Positions 50,671 through 63,774 of a stretch of DNA of 64,000 nt are shown here, piece by piece. Location of the stretch: positions 49,044,001 to 49,108,000 of the forward strand of contig NC_087436.1 in assembly GCF_036321535.1 (NCBI RefSeq), read 5' to 3'. Each line of letters opens with the position of its first letter. Position 1 is the first letter of the stretch. The translations under genes and the position numbers were made by a program. Origin of the DNA: Camelus dromedarius. Lineage: Eukaryota. Under the pieces are notes generated by a model that did not search any database, had not been told where the DNA came from, and saw only the letters and a program-made list of their open reading frames with translations.

Positions 50671-52669
50671 ACCTGTGATCATTATTGATCCCTGTAATTT
50701 TAAAAATATTTACATGTGTCCTACTTGAGCTTAGGGTTGAGGAGTAGTTTATAGGAGAGAAAAATGAATTTGTTTAGTTTTGTGGTTATAATGCAGCTAA
50801 TACTGAAATTCCCATTTTCTTCGAAATTGTTTGCCTTTTCCTCTATGCTACATATTCTTTTCAATCTTTATTTGTTCAAGACTAATTAGGTAGAGGGGAA
50901 CCATTAACAAGAAGACCCAAATTTCTGAATGGATTGTCGCAAAAGTCTATGATTTGAGGAACAGCTTTCCATAGAAGCAGTGTTCCAAAATAAGTGAGGT
51001 TTTTTTAGTAGATAAAAGTTGTCTTAACTCATAGTAGGATGAAAATACTCTAGATCTGCAATAAATACAGTAATAAATAATAGACAAAAAAGTCAATAAA
51101 TATTTATGAAGTGCACTAGGCACTGTTAGATGTGGCCCTGGGGTTTTAGTTATGGGCCCTGCCCTGAAGGGATTCATAATATCAATATAATTAATTAAGG
51201 AAAATTTTAAAACTCTAAAAAATTCTACTTGAACGTTGGCTGAGGAAAAACAGTCTTGAGTATCTTGGAACATATGGTATAGCCCCTTTGGAATGGGGAG
51301 TCTTGGGCCTTAATTATGGCTCTACATTAACTTGTGTGCTCTTGGGCAGGTGATTGCTTCATGTCTTCCGAGGCCAATTTCTTTAGCTGTAAAATAAAGC
51401 GATTGACCTAACAGTGATCTTTAAGTTCCTTCTTACTGCGGACATTCCTTGGAGGCATTGGATGAATAATAGTTACTCTTAACTTTCCGTATTGGGGCAG
51501 AGCCTCTGTTAGGGCATTTCTGGGGCTATATTGGCTTCTCGCTGTCATTTGTTTTTCTATTTACAAGTTATTTTCAGACTCATTTTTCTGTAACTAGAAT
51601 ACCACAAATAAGTATTTCACTGAGTTGGGATAAACGACAGAAAAGAAGAAAAAAGGTTTTTTACTGAGGTAAATGGGCAAGAATTGGAAGAAAGGAGAAC
51701 GTGATTTGGGGTAGGGGCCAGGTGGTGAGACAGGAATTGGAAGGTATTGCTGGGTTAAACAATTCCTGAACTAAACGCCAGATGGCGTCGTTGGCCCGGG
51801 ACTGCTCGCTACTTGCTGGAAGGGTGGGCCAAAGTGAAAGGAAACCTCGTTAGGGTCGGAGGAGGAGGTAAGGGGGAAACAACAAACAGCTGAACAGTTT
51901 GCTCTTTGTAAAGATGGTCACAAACTGGATCTTTTAAACTCTGGCAGTGTCTCTGTGCAGTGGTAGACAGCAGTTCTCCCACTTCAAAGAACATGAGGAT
52001 AGCTAGCGCTGCTTGGCCGGAAAGCGTTATTTAGCATTATCACGGTGGAATCACTTCCCACATTTCGAGAGATATCCCAGGTCTCTGAAGTACTAGTGCA
52101 GTTGGGAGGTAGACGAGTTTTGAGTTTCGTTTCTGTAAATGGTTTGTCTTTACCACCACTCAGAGAATTAGAATAAATAATAGATGCAGTACTATTTTTC
52201 CTTTTAATAGGTGTGGAACTTTGTAGAAATAGTACTGAAGCGAGACAGGGTGGTAGAGGGGAAAGAGCGTCCCGGCAGGAGTCATCAGGCCTCCTGGCCA
52301 CGTTGCTAACGTTTTGTGTGGCCCTAAGTGAGTAATTTAACCTCTCTGTCCCTCATTTTATTAAACCATGGAAAGAGGAAATTGGACTCCGTGATCGTAT
52401 TTCAAACTATTTACTCGATCACAAGCATCCCATGGTATGTTACTAGGTTTTCTTTAAACAAAGGGCTTCATGTTTAATAAATTAGCCAAACACTTCCCAT
52501 TTTTATCACCTTGGGGAGTCACAATGTACATATTAAAGTTCTTGGAAATTCTTGTATAAAATAACTTGTCCCAGATTTTTGAGCCCCAGAGCCTGTTTCC
52601 CAGAATAGTTGTTGACATCTTAGTAACTCCAGAGTTTCATGGAATTCCGTTTGGGAAGTGGTGTGTTCT

Positions 52670-52870
52670 AGACTCATAGTCAGAACACTCAGATTGTAGG
52701 CCTGGCTTGACTGTCTCAGGCATCCCTTAGCTCAATTTCCCTATCCGTAAAATAGAGATAGCACTGATAATTTTACAAAATTGCTGTGGCAGTTAAATGA
52801 GACCACGTGTGTAAAGACTATCAGTGTCTCATGTACAGCACATGGTTAATATTTAATATACATTATTTCT
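52670..52870 (+). mobile_element. MIR SINE
   Basis: 'ctcaatttccctatccgtaaaatagagatagc...gttaaatgagaccacgtgtgtaaagactatcagtgtctcatgtacagc'. Confidence 0.7.
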
Positions 52871-54329
52871 TTTTTCCTTTTGACTTTGACATAAGACCAG
52901 GATTCTTATTGTTATGTTTTGTGAAAGGTGAAGACAATGGGAAGTGGATAGAATTACACATTTTGAGTATGTCCCAATTTACTAGTTCCGAGGTGCCAGA
53001 GTACTGAGCACTGACTTGCAGCACTCTTGGGACCAAAGACAGCTGCATACCAATATCCTTTTGGTAGTCTACATGTTTTTGTTTTGTTGATAACTTAAAA
53101 ATTCATTATTTTAGATTTTTTAACTTTTCTGAAAGGATGAGGAGAAGCTACACTTTCTGTAGTTTGGATTTTTGTTACTGTGGAGTAGACAACTGGTTCA
53201 CTTAGAGAAACAGTGCTGCAGATAATTCAGGTTGCATTTATTTAGCATGAGAATAAATCATGTAGTTCTTTAACAATGAATTTGTTCTGTCATTTATATC
53301 AAACCTACGCTTATGTTGAAATGTCTTTTTAAAGTACGTCATTTGAATAGTAGGAGGAATCTGCCATTGAGTGTACCATACATTGGACTTAATAAAACTT
53401 CCTGTGAGTAATGCACAAAACATTGTTTGAGTCTTAAATACATGAGTTCCTATGCCTTTTTTTTTAAGTTGGTTCATATCATAGAACTTGAATCAACAGA
53501 ATAGGACATAATAGTTACTGCACAGATAGAGAAACTTTAGTTATATTTTTTGGTTTTCGTTGTTGCTGCAGATTCCCATAAGGATCTCTATAAGTAGTTT
53601 TAGTAATAATACGTAATAGTATGTTGGTACTTGGTTACCTGTAGCTATTCGGTGTATATAATAGATATATAACCAGACACAGGTTTTGCAATCACATTCA
53701 ATTTTCTCACTCAGTAATACAAGTAGCAAACTTTCCTTCTGATACAACTTGCTGTTATAAGAGAAAAACACATGGATAACATACAAAGTGCTAGAATAAG
53801 ATCTCATTTCAGTCCAGGTGAAGGGGAGGTTTTGACACTGGCGATACCCATGTGTATTGGTGGGGCTGCCAGAGGGCATTAGCCATGCCTAGTAGGCATG
53901 TAGTCTGATTTTTGACGAAGTGAAATACAAAGACGAGATGGCAGGATGACAAGTGCTTACCTTGGCTCCTTCCTAGTAAATACCCTATTACAGTGATAGT
54001 AGGTGAATAAAAAAAGGATAACACTAGAACAACAAACAAGGAGGATCCCTCAGAGCTGGGTATTTCAGAATGTTTATAAAAGAAGGAAAACAGGTAGAAG
54101 TGTGGGTGTTGATGGAGCAGCACGAGGAGCTACACGTGCTGAGGGGACGCGGTTTAGGGAGCCCTGAACTGCTCTGTGCAACCTCCGAGACCTGTCGACA
54201 TCAGGTGGGAGAGAGGGTGAGAGAGTGACGTGGGGTTAACACAGGGAGGTCGTTCTGGTTTTATTATGGAGTAGCTCGCAGGTGTTCCTGGGGCTTGGCG
54301 GATGGCTGATTCCTCCCTTAGAAACTGAA

Positions 54330-56075
54330 GAAAGTGTTTGGAGGGTGTTCGGAGGACCTGAGAGTGTGGCCGGCCCTGCCAAGCTCTGTGCACGCTGGCA
54401 TTTAGGGGACGCCCAGTGGAGCTTCTCTCCCAGACATCTCCCTGGGTAGCGGGCCCTTCAGCAAGCCTCTCTGCATGCACATCAGCCTTTTCTCATCTCT
54501 TATTCTTAAATTTAGACCAAATTGTGAGGGATCCCCTTCAGCCAGGTTTTCATCGCTGCTACTCTGTCTACCAGACTGCTTTGTCAGAAGGTGACATCTA
54601 TGTGGCAAACAGAATGATCAACTGTAACTTCTCATCTCGTGTGGATTCTCAATAGTATTTTTCATAGTCGAGTCCGCTCTCTTCCTTGAAACTTTTTTTT
54701 TCTTTTTCCATCTGGAACAACGCTCTCTTTTATCTTACTTTGATGGCATCTCCTTCAGCAGTCTCCCTCGCTGGATCCTCTGATCTGAACTCTAACCTTT
54801 GAAATGGCCCCGGACTCAGTACTCGGCTCACTTCCTATCTGTTCTGTCCCCAGGGCAGGGGTTGGCAGGCCCTTTCTGTCCAGGGCTGGGTAGTAAATAG
54901 TTTAGGCTTCGCAGACCCTGTCGTCTCTAGCACAACTTCTGTACTCTCTGTCACAGTTACCTAACCTGTATTGTAGGGCAGAAGCCACCAGACAAGAAAG
55001 GCATCGGTGTGGCTATGTTCCAACAGAACTTCATTTACAAAAATAACAGCAGGCCATCCTGGATTTGGCCCATGGGCCAGAGTTGGCAGTCTTACTGCTT
55101 CTGCTCTAGATGATCACATCCGGTCCCATAGCTCGAGATACCATCTCTGCTTCCCAGATTTGTAATGTTGGCCTGAGTCTCGTCTTGCATGTCCAGGAAG
55201 TGTACTCTGTACTTCCATGGAAACGTCTAAGGCATATCTCAAGGTTAACGTGTAAAGAACAGAGCTCGTGAGCCCCCAGCCTCCGCCCAACTATCCCTGT
55301 CTGTCTTCACACCTAACTTAACACAGCTCATTGTTGTGGCCCCTCTTCCTCTTACCCCACATCTACTTTGTGTCTCTCCCTTCAGTCCAGCTTTTGAAAC
55401 GTATCCAGAAGACGGTTACTTGTCTCCACCCCCACCCTCGTCACTAGATCCATGTCACTGTCACCTCTCACTTGACTAATTAATTGCAGGAGCCTCCTGA
55501 TTCTTCACCCTGCCTCCCCCAGCCCCCTCTGAAGTCTGCTTTCCACATGAGAGTCATCTTGATTCTTGAAAAATTGAGGTCTGATCATGTCCAGGTGCTG
55601 TTCACAGAACCCAAGGTCCCGTGTGACCTAGAACTGGTCACCTAATTCTCTGAATGCGTTGCTTACCCCTCTTCCTTCTCATCGTTGTGCTCCTGCCATC
55701 CTGGCCTCCGTACGGTTTCTCTAACGTGCCATGCTCATTCTCACCTCAGCACTTCTGCACTTGCCCTTCCTGCCACATTCCTCCCTGGAGTCTCCTTGAC
55801 CCACTTCCTCACTTCATTCATGCCTGTGCTGAAATGCTGCCTACCAGAGAGATCTTCCCTGACATTTCAATGTAAAATGTTGTCTCCTTCCATTATTCAC
55901 TCTTTTCTTGCCCTGGACTTGATGTGGTTAAAAACATACTCATATTCATTGCTTCTTTGCACCCCTCCCACCAGAATATAAGTTCCATAAAAGCAAGCAA
56001 TTTTTATACTTAGTACCTAAAACAGTGCCTGGTGTAGTACATGTGGTCAGTAAATATTTACTGAATGAGTGAATT
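54330..56075 (+). mobile_element. LINE-2 (long 3' portion)
   Basis: 'ctctcttccttgaaact...ccccacatctactttg...cacctcagcacttctgcacttgcccttcctg...aacagtgcctggtgtagtacatgtggtcagtaaatatttactgaatgagtgaat'. Confidence 0.8.
54856..55103 (+). mobile_element. hAT-Charlie MITE MER58A-like, nested in L2
   Basis: 'caggggttggcaggccctttctgtccagggctgggtagtaaatagtttaggcttcgcag...ggctatgttccaacagaacttcatttacaaaa...ggatttggccc'. Confidence 0.8.
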
Positions 56076-56099
56076 TAAGGAAACCTTGTAAACTAACAT

Positions 56100-57200
56100 T
56101 AGGGAAAAAAAGGAAGTAGAGGAGAACTTGAATTTTTCAGAGTCAAATGGGTGTCTTCTGAGATTTCAGAAGCTTTGGCACCCATTGAGAAGGAAGAGGA
56201 GGCTATGAAGAAAAGGCATTCGAAGAACAAGTACTCTTGGAAATTAACATCTGAGTGTTAAGACAAATAAGTCAGTAAGTGTGGTCAGTAAGAATGGTGT
56301 TCTGCTGTTTTAAGCCACCAAGTGTGTGATCATTTGTTGTGGCAGTCCTAGAAAACTAATACAGAAAAGTTAGAATATATGGTAAAGAAGTCAATCAAAA
56401 CGTAGGACAAAATGTCAAAGAGACAGAAAAGAGAGATAGAAAGAAGAGACACACAGGTTAATCTAGGAAGTCTAACATTTGGCTAATATGAGTTCCAGAA
56501 GGAAAAACAGACAAAATGAAGAATTTTCAAAGGAATAATAGAAGAAATCCAAGAATTTAAGTACCCAAGTGTTCTGAGACCCAGACACTTTACTGTGAAA
56601 TCTCAGGAAACTGAAGCTTTTACAAAGAAGATCCTGAAAGTTCTGGGGTTGGGGGCAGGGGAGGGAGGGAAAACAGGTCACCTCCAAAGGACTGAGAATC
56701 AAACTGGGATCTGATGCCTTTGAAATTCTGAGAAGATAATTTTCCTCCTAGAATTTACTCAGGCATCCAGTAATGTAGGGTGAGGACTGAATCAACGTTC
56801 CAGACATTTAAGGACTTGGGAAATTTACCTCCCATGCAACCTTTCTTACATACAAGTTAGGGATTCACTCCTGCAGAACAAGTAAGTAAACCAAAAAAGG
56901 TGAATGCGTGGGATCCAGAAAACAGATCTAAGCTGGAGATCAAAGAAGCAGAGACTTTGGGTGCCAAGAGAGCATCCAATCCAGACTGCAGCAGGAAGAA
57001 TGAGATTTCCAAAGGGAGATATTTGGGTAAAGAGAGCATTCCATAGTTTTAATGGAATCTGTGAGGCGTTTGAATAATTTATAGATATAATTATGACTGA
57101 CAATGGAAGGAGGAAAATTGGAAACACAAGTTAAAATAGACACTGAACAGGAAAGAGAATTTACTTATAACATTCTGCTTGGCCAAAAATCAACACATAG
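56100..57200 (+). mobile_element. HAL1 / L1 ORF1-like relic
   Basis: 'tctaacatttggctaatatgagttccagaagg...aacaggtcacctccaaaggactgagaatcaaactg...aaatttacctcccatgcaacctttct...gggatccagaaaacag'. Confidence 0.6.
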
Positions 57201-58077
57201 ACAATACTTCCTAACCTTGCCTGACTATAAGAATTACTAGGGAGAGGGTGCTATTAATATAGATACCCAGATTTCCCTCACAATTTTGATTAGCTGGATA
57301 TGGGGGTCCAGAGATCTGTTTAACAAGCAGTCCAGGTTTTTCTTATTTTTAGGAAATACACTAACAGGAAAAGCACAGAAAACTCAGTGTGATTATAGAA
57401 CATCTTAGCCTTGAAATGAAAAAATAAAAGTGCAGAAAATAAAAATTAGGAGAGAGAAGAACAAGGACTAGAGAAGTAAAAGGCCAGTTAGTCAAATCAA
57501 GAAATACTGCATCTTTTTGGTGGAACAAGGAATAAAGCTTTAGTATTAAGACTGGCCAATAGAGAATTTAAGAGGCATAGGTTGGGGTCAGACTTACCTC
57601 TCAGACTTGGGATCAGCAGATAATATTCTAAAACTATGAATTAAAAACCAACCATATATTATTTAGAGAAATGAAGACAGCCTCTGGACCTAAAGTAAAA
57701 GAGGTGAGATTGGGTTGCTCTGAGAGTGGAACTGGATTGGAGAAAAGTGAGGACTTTTTTTTTCTTAACCATGCACATGCATTGCTTGGTTTAAACAACA
57801 ACAAAATAGATATTTTAAAAAAGTAAATTGGTAACAACAACTTGGTTTCAACCCTAAAGAAACAACCAGTCTGAGCTACAGATAATGGAGTTCTAACCTA
57901 AGATTTACCACTAATTTACTCTGAGAAAGGGCTTTTTCTAACGTGTACTTCAGTTCAGTCTTTAACGAGTGGCAAACATTGCCACAGTGCTTGCTGCACG
58001 TACCGTGTCTCTCCTGTGGCTCATAGGTATCATATAGATTACCTGTTTCATTTTAAAGGGGATCAGGATAGGTAGCA

Positions 58078-58496
58078 CAGACCTACCTGCTGTCCGAAAG
58101 GGGAGCATTCCTACGAAATCTTTCATAAGCCGTAATGGCGTAAAGCGAAGAAGCCATGCCTTAGGACACATCTTGCTAACGGATGCACAAAATAAATTGA
58201 GGGTAACACAGATGCTCACAGACACAGTTTAGAGCTATGGCAGCTTGATGCTGAGATGAGGAGCGTAGCTCCTGGCAAGGAGCTGGGCGGGGCCGCCCTC
58301 ACTGCTTAGGGGTGCGCACTGCCTCTGTAGCAGCTGCTAAAAAACGAACTATGAATGCTGTTTTCGATTTTTGCCTTTTTTTGTAAAAGCGAAAATCGTC
58401 TTCGGATTTCTTTCTCAACGAGAACAGGTACTAATGTAAGTCTTATGTAAAAGTGAAGTGGCATCAAGCAAACTTTCAAAAAGCAGGGGATACCTG
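58078..58496. mobile_element. TcMar-Tigger non-autonomous element with terminal inverted repeats
   Basis: Left end cagacctacctgctgtccgaaag; right end ctttcaaaaagcaggggatacctg (reverse complement caggtatcccctgctttttgaaag); many CpGs retained. Confidence 0.7.
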
Positions 58497-59051
58497 GACC
58501 TATCTTTAAACCTGCCTTTAGAGGCCAGTGGTACCGTTTACATCGAGCCTGACAGCATGCTTATAGCATTGACTCTAGAATCTAAACTTTTAATGGATTC
58601 CTATTCTTCCTTTGGGCTTTGGGTCAAAGATTAGCGCTCTGATTGTGCCAAGAGGACTCCTTTGTCTTTAAACTGACTGGGTGACGCTGATGCGGAAGAT
58701 GTGGAGCGCGTGCCCTGCCTTACTTAGCTGTGGGCATAGCTCGCTTTTTAGCACGTTTGCATTCCAGCACCTAGTACGTTGCCCTTTACATACGAAATTG
58801 TATATTGCTTGACTGAAGGAAATTGAGAAAGTTAAGTTCCAGAGACATTGAGTGACTTTTTTAAGCTCAGTCAGTAACTACAGGTCATTCTCTTGGCCTC
58901 TGTTTTTATTGCTCCTGTGCAAATGTGTTGGTATATTACCCATCAAAGCATTATAACTATCAGAGATCTAAGGCCCTATTTTATTTTTATTTTTCCCAGA
59001 AATTATTCTTACTTTCTTATTATGTTTTTGTTTAAAACATTTCATGATCCT

Positions 59052-59170
59052 GGGGGAGAGGGATATATATAGTTCAATGGTAGAGCATGTGCTTAGCATG
59101 CACAAGGTCCTGGGTTCGATCCCCAGTACTTCCATTAAGTGAAAAAAGAAGTTAAAATACGTAAATAAAC
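59052..59170 (+). mobile_element. tRNA-Ala-derived SINE (vic-1 type) with 12-bp TSD
   Basis: GGGGGAGAGGGATATATATAGTTCAATGGTAGAGCATGTGCTTAGCATGCACAAGGTCCTGGGTTCGATCCCCAGTACTTCCA plus an A-rich tail; TSD atttcatgatcc (59039-59050) / atttcatggtcc (59172-59183). Confidence 0.88.
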
Positions 59171-59859
59171 TATTTCATGGTCCAAATGGCTTCTAGTGGG
59201 TACGGTTATCTGAATCAAACTATTCGCTTACGTTTATACTCTCTTTACTTTCCAAAATGGCAATTAGAAAATAATTTTAGCATACATATTGGCGTTACCT
59301 TAGTGTTTGAAGATATTTAGATCCCAGTTTAAAGAGACAGATGTCTAAGCACACTTCTCATAAATCTTTGGCTTTTAGCAATCACAGCATAGTCTAGTCC
59401 CGTTTGTCCCCGTACTTGAGTTATCGTATGCTCCTCTTTCATCTAAATAAGTTTGTTGGGGTTTGTCCCCAGTTAACGAGAGCATTGGAACTTTAGGGAA
59501 ATTTAATACCAAATCAATCAATGTGCTAGAGATAGCTATTAACTTTTAATTTACAAAAGCAGCCCAGCTATTTTGTCAAGTTTGCTATACTTCATTAATT
59601 TTAATAACAAACTCCTGGTTTGTACAGCTTCCTGAATTCTTAGAGCTGAGATTATTGTTAATTTCCATCACAATGATAGGTTCCAAATACAATAACTGAA
59701 GTAATCTGCTAAAGGATTTGTCTTACTTCTCTTCAAAATTCTACCTTATCTTTGTGACTTAAAGCAGAGGAAAGAATCATAGATTGGTGACTGTTATTTG
59801 GAATAAATGCCTCCATTTATACATTAATATATTATATTTTTCTTAACTACCTTTTTTTG

Positions 59860-60460
59860 CTCCATATTTATTTATTTTAAAAATTACATAGAGAAAAATT
59901 CACTACTTTTTTGGTTCTGAGTTATAATAGAAATATAGATTCATTTAAACACCCTCACAATTGTGGTATAGAATAGTCTATCACTAAAAAAAAATGTCCC
60001 TGTCTCTCTTTAGAGTCACCTCCCCCTCTGCCCTCAACCTCTGGCAACCATTGATCTGTTCTTTATTCCTACAGTTTTGCCTTTTCTAGAAAGTCATCCA
60101 AATGAAATTGAGTCTAGCTTCTTTCACTTGGCATAAAGCGTTTTAGATTTTTCCATTTTGTTGTGTATATCAGTAGTTCACTCCTTCTTATTACGGACTA
60201 ATATACTATTGAGTAAAACACCATTGTGTGGGTATAACAGTTTCTTTGTCCATTTACCAGTTGGACATTTGGGTTGCTTCCAGTTTTGTGATTTTGAATA
60301 AAGCCGCTATAAACATACACTTACGAATTTTTGTGTGAACATAAATTTTCATTTTTTTCTGGTTAAGTACTTAATAGTAGGATTTCTGGGTCATATGTTT
60401 AACTTTATAAGAAACTGCCAACTGTCTTCCAAAGTTGCTATACCATTTTCAATTCCCACC
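59860..60460 (-). mobile_element. old L1 3' end (L1MB/MC-like)
   Basis: 'cctctggcaaccattgatctgttctttattcctacagttttgccttttctagaa...atgtttaactttataagaaactgccaaactgtcttccaaagttg'. Confidence 0.8.
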
Positions 60461-61129
60461 ACTGTATTTTATTTTAATAGAAAATATGTAAATGTGACCC
60501 ACTTAAGTATATTTTTATTTATAGAAAAGTAAATAATCATGCAACAAACTGATAAATTTCATTTCTTCTGTTCTTGTGTTGCTCATAGATGAGTTTAAAA
60601 TCAGGTAGAGAATTTGAAATATGTGATATTCAAAAGAGAAGTTTTTTTTTAAGGTGCATCCTTTTTAACCTGTGAACCTTTCATCCTATGCAAAAGAGCT
60701 ATATAGATCATAAAAAGAGTTTTATATCCTTTGCCACTTGTCTGTTTTTCTCATTTTTCTCTTGTGTGCTTTATCCTGCTTTGTGCACCAGTATCCTTCA
60801 TGAGTTACCTTGTTGCTAGGTTGGGAAAAGAAAAATTACGTTAACAGCTCGTAAGAAAAAAATGGAATAGTAATAGAGATATTTGCTCAGCACATATTTA
60901 TTGAATTCCTACTAAGTGCTGGGTACTTTCCTGGATACTGGGGATCCAGCAGAGTGCATAACAGAACAAACAAAAACAAACAGCAGAAAAATCTCCTTCA
61001 AGAACCTTAGTCTACTTATAAGTGCTAAGGAAAATGCACACAGCTTGAGAAGAGGAAATAAAATTTTAGTGGAATGGAGGCCATTGTTAAGTTATATACT
61101 TCTGATTTTATTGGACTGAAGCCATGGCT

Positions 61130-62705
61130 TGTTTTTGTTTACACAAACTTTATTTTGGAATAATTTTAGATTTGGCAAGGTTACAAAGGTAGTACATAAT
61201 TCCAATATATCTTACCACTTTTTTCTAATGTTAACATCTTCATTACCAAATGTACAAGTGTACATTTGTCAAGGCTAAGAAATCAACATTGGTACACACT
61301 ATTAGCTGAACTCCACATTTTATTTGAGTGTTACTGGTTCTTCCATTAAGGCTTTTGGGTTTTTTTGGTTTTTTTCCCCTGTCCTGGGATCCAATTCAGG
61401 GTACCACATTGCGTTTAATCTTATTTCCTTGGTCTCCTCCCATCTGACAACTTCTCAGTCTTTTCTTATTTTTTTTTTTTTTGATGACCCTGAAACTTGA
61501 ACAGGATTGGTTAAGTGTTTTGTAGAATGTCACACGACTTGGGTGTGTCTAATATTTTTCTCATGATGAGACAGGGGCTATGGGTTTGGGGGAAGAATAT
61601 GACAGAAGTGAAGTACCCTTGTCATCACAGCATATCAGGAAGTACCTGCTGTGAACATGACTTATCACGGGTGATGCTAACCTTGATCACTTAGTTAAGA
61701 GTACTGCTTGTCAGGTTTCTCCATGGAAATGTTTTTCCCTTTCCATAGTCTATTCTTTGGAAGCAAGTCGCTAAATCCAGTCCACCCACATTCAGGGGGG
61801 TCGGGGTAAGCTTCATTTCTTGGAGGGGAGAACATCTACGTATATTGTTTAGAACTTTTCTGAAAGAAACATTTGTCTCTTTCCCCTCATTTATTTATTT
61901 ATACAATCACTTATTTGTATTACTGTGGACTCGTGTATTTATTGTATACTTTGGGCTATAGTTCAATATAGGCGTACTGCATTTTATTGCACTTTGCTTT
62001 ATTGTACTTTGAAGAGACTGCATTTTTTACAAACAGAAGGTTTGTGGCAACCCTGTGTTGAGCAAGTCTATCAGTGACAATTTTCCAACAGCATTTGCTC
62101 ACTTTGTCTCTGTGTCACATTTTGAGATTTCAGACTTTTCATCATAATATTTGTCATGATAATCTGTGATCAGTGGTCTTTGTTGTCACTGTTACAACTC
62201 ACTGAAGGCTCAGATGATAGTACTTTCTAGCATAAAGTATTTTTAAATTAAGATATGTACCTTTTTTAGACATAATATTATTGCACACTTAATAGACTAC
62301 AGTATAGTGTAAACATAATTTTTATATGTGCTGGGGAACCAAAAAATCTGTGTGACTTGCTTTATTGCGATATTTGCTTTATTGCAGTAGTCTGGAACCA
62401 ATCTCACACTACCAACAATGTATGTCCATAGTCCATTTATCTTGTTGCTCAACTTGTTCCAGCCTTGGCCTTTGGGAACTCTTTCGTGTTGGCTCCATTT
62501 CCCTTTGACGTACCTCCAACCTTTTGTTTTTTGAGTGCTTGGTTGGTTTCTGGTACTACAAGATGTTCCAGGGTCATCTTGTATGTTCTTCACCCCTTAG
62601 GATCAGGCACTTCTTCAGGAAGCCCTAGTTCTTTTTGTTGGAGAATTGGTATTTAAAAACCAAGATTTGGGTACTAAGTGTACTCTTTGCTATTGGAGTA
62701 TCAGT
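61130..62705 (-). mobile_element. L1MC-type 3' end, interrupted by a Tigger1 derivative
   Basis: 'tttattttggaataattttagattt...ctgggatccaattcagggtaccacattgc...ccttgatcacttagttaag...tggtatttaaaaaccaagatttgggtactaagtgtactc'. Confidence 0.75.
61969..62428 (+). mobile_element. Tigger1 internal-deletion derivative (both ends, TA TSD)
   Basis: Left end '(t)aggcgtactgcattttattgcactttgctttattg...gaaggtttgtggcaaccctg'; right end 'gctttattgcgatatttgctttattgcagtagtctggaacc...gtatgtcca'; TA on both sides. Confidence 0.8.
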
Positions 62706-63296
62706 CAGTCTTCATCATATTTATTAAAACATTTTAAAGTCTAAATTTAAAAATTAGGCCAGAGAAGTAGAAAGCGAGAAGTAAAACATACCCTGACTTA
62801 GAAAATTACGAAGTGAATTTTCTGTGGCTGACTTAAGCCTAGCTTTCAAAAGCAGATGCTTTCCACTAAAAGTGCTTATTGGGTTATTGTGTTTTATTCA
62901 AATAATATGTACTTTTAAAGGTATTTAAAATATACATTTCAGTATGCAATGAGAAAAAAATAATTTCTATTATTGAAATGTTTGTGTTTCAAGCTTACCT
63001 TAATACTAGCATTCTTATCACTTTGAGTGGAACAAATTATGTTTCTTGGTAGGACCTTTAAACCTCTGTTCATGTGGCTTGTAGATGGCAATTGGGAATT
63101 CTGTTGTTATGTTTCCCTTAGGGAAACTGACATCAGTTTCAATACAGTTCACTTATTAATGAATCTCTTTTTAAAAGTAAGATTTTTTCATATTTGAGGC
63201 TTTAGTCTAATTTGGACATTTTCTGCTTTGGATGTTTTAAGCCACAAGGAGAGGCAAATGGCTTCAGCAACCCAAATGCGGTTGATTTGGTGTGTA

Positions 63297-63774
63297 CAGT
63301 AGTCCCCCTTAGCTGCAGTTGTGCTGTCCACAGTTTTAGTGGGCAACTATGGTCTGAAAATGTTAAGTGGAAAATTCCAGAAGTAAATATTTCATAAGTT
63401 TTCAATTGCGGGCCACACCATTCTGAGCAGCTATGATGAAATTTGATGCTGTCCTGTTTTGTCCTGGTCCTGGGTATGAATCATCCCTATGTCAGCCTTA
63501 GCAGACACCTTGGTTATAAAACTGACTGCCCAGGCATCACAGAGCTTGTGTTCAGGTCACCCTTATTTTACTTAATAAAGGCTCCAAAGCTCAGGAGTAG
63601 TGATGCTGGAAATTCAGACAGTCTCTTACTGTGCCTAATTTATAAATTAAACTTGATCATAGGTATGTATATGTAGGAAAAAAATGTATCATATGTAGGG
63701 TTTGGTACTATCCACAGTTTTGCATCCACTAAGGTCTTAGAATGCATCCCTGTGGATAAGGCAGGGGACTCCTG
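63297..63774 (+). mobile_element. TcMar-Tigger MER44-like element
   Basis: TIRs cagtagtccccctta... / ...tggataaggcaggggactcctg; internal 'ggaaaattccagaagtaaatatttcataagtttt'. Confidence 0.8.

Noticed and set aside
11357..59170. Three tRNA-Ala-like sequences as tRNA genes
   Set aside because: Disrupted acceptor stem or T-arm, A-rich tails, and (for two copies) clear TSDs show they are SINEs
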